Shown here piece after piece: positions 63,885 to 64,000 of a DNA stretch of 64,000 bases. The stretch's first letter is position 1, and each line of letters starts with the position of its first letter. A program made the position numbers and the translations under genes. The notes under the pieces are model-generated. The model saw nothing but the letters and a program-made list of their open reading frames with translations. It was not told the origin of the DNA and searched no databases. This stretch comes from Hypanus sabinus (lineage: Eukaryota), in contig NC_082717.1 in NCBI RefSeq assembly GCF_030144855.1, forward strand, positions 53,072,001 to 53,136,000. Reading direction: 5' to 3'.

Positions 63885-64000
63885 CTTCTCGAGTGCCGTC
63901 AAGTCGTGCTGACTCATGGCTATCCTATGGATAGTATAGTTATCCATGGGGTAATTGTGGCAAGATACTGAAGTAGAGTGCCAGGCCTTTCTTCTGCACA
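63885..64000 (-). mobile_element. RTE/BovB-type 3' tail (LINE end or SINE)
   Basis: CCATGGGG..TGGCAAGATACTGAAGTAGAGTGCCAGGCCTTTCTTC resembles the reversed BovA/Sauria-SINE tail; runs off the window. Confidence 0.5.

Noticed and set aside
1-64000. Prokaryote-type systems (CRISPR arrays, operons, defence loci) and tRNA/rRNA genes
   Set aside because: The sequence is intron-rich vertebrate DNA; no regularly spaced repeat-spacer array or structural RNA gene was seen.
54111-64000. GPR75, expected from the human GPR75-ASB3 neighbourhood
   Set aside because: No long GPCR ORF is present; if syntenic it would lie beyond the end of ERLEC1, outside the window.

Overview
Eukaryotic (vertebrate) genomic DNA, most likely a cartilaginous fish such as a ray; the organism is an inference from the repeat landscape. 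It carries the conserved ASB3-CHAC2-ERLEC1 cluster. ASB3 is on the minus strand: six coding exons from ATG 26218 down to 3964, encoding ankyrin repeats, with the 3' exons and SOCS box beyond the left edge. CHAC2 is complete on the plus strand: 3 exons, 31087-43636, 182 aa. ERLEC1/XTP3-B is on the plus strand: the first six coding exons, 54111-63260, continuing past the right edge. All exons were read by eye with GT-AG boundaries and consistent phases. Two CpG-rich promoters sit at about 30.7-31.2 kb and 53.9-54.3 kb. Introns and spacers are dense with decayed TEs: CR1, Rex1/Babar-like, R4/Dong-like, L1-like and RTE-like retroposons, Penelope-like ends with degenerate hammerhead-ribozyme motifs, a gag-deleted Gypsy element, and Tc1, Tigger/pogo, Harbinger and hAT DNA elements. 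There is one N gap (62297-62448). I cannot support a new multi-gene system here. The best leads are the unplaced ASB3 first exon (nested versus bidirectional layout), the PLE hammerhead motifs and a 158-bp PLE fold-back downstream of the CHAC2 stop, an in-frame ERLEC1 uORF beside a UPRE-like site, and a MER2/Tigger-like element.
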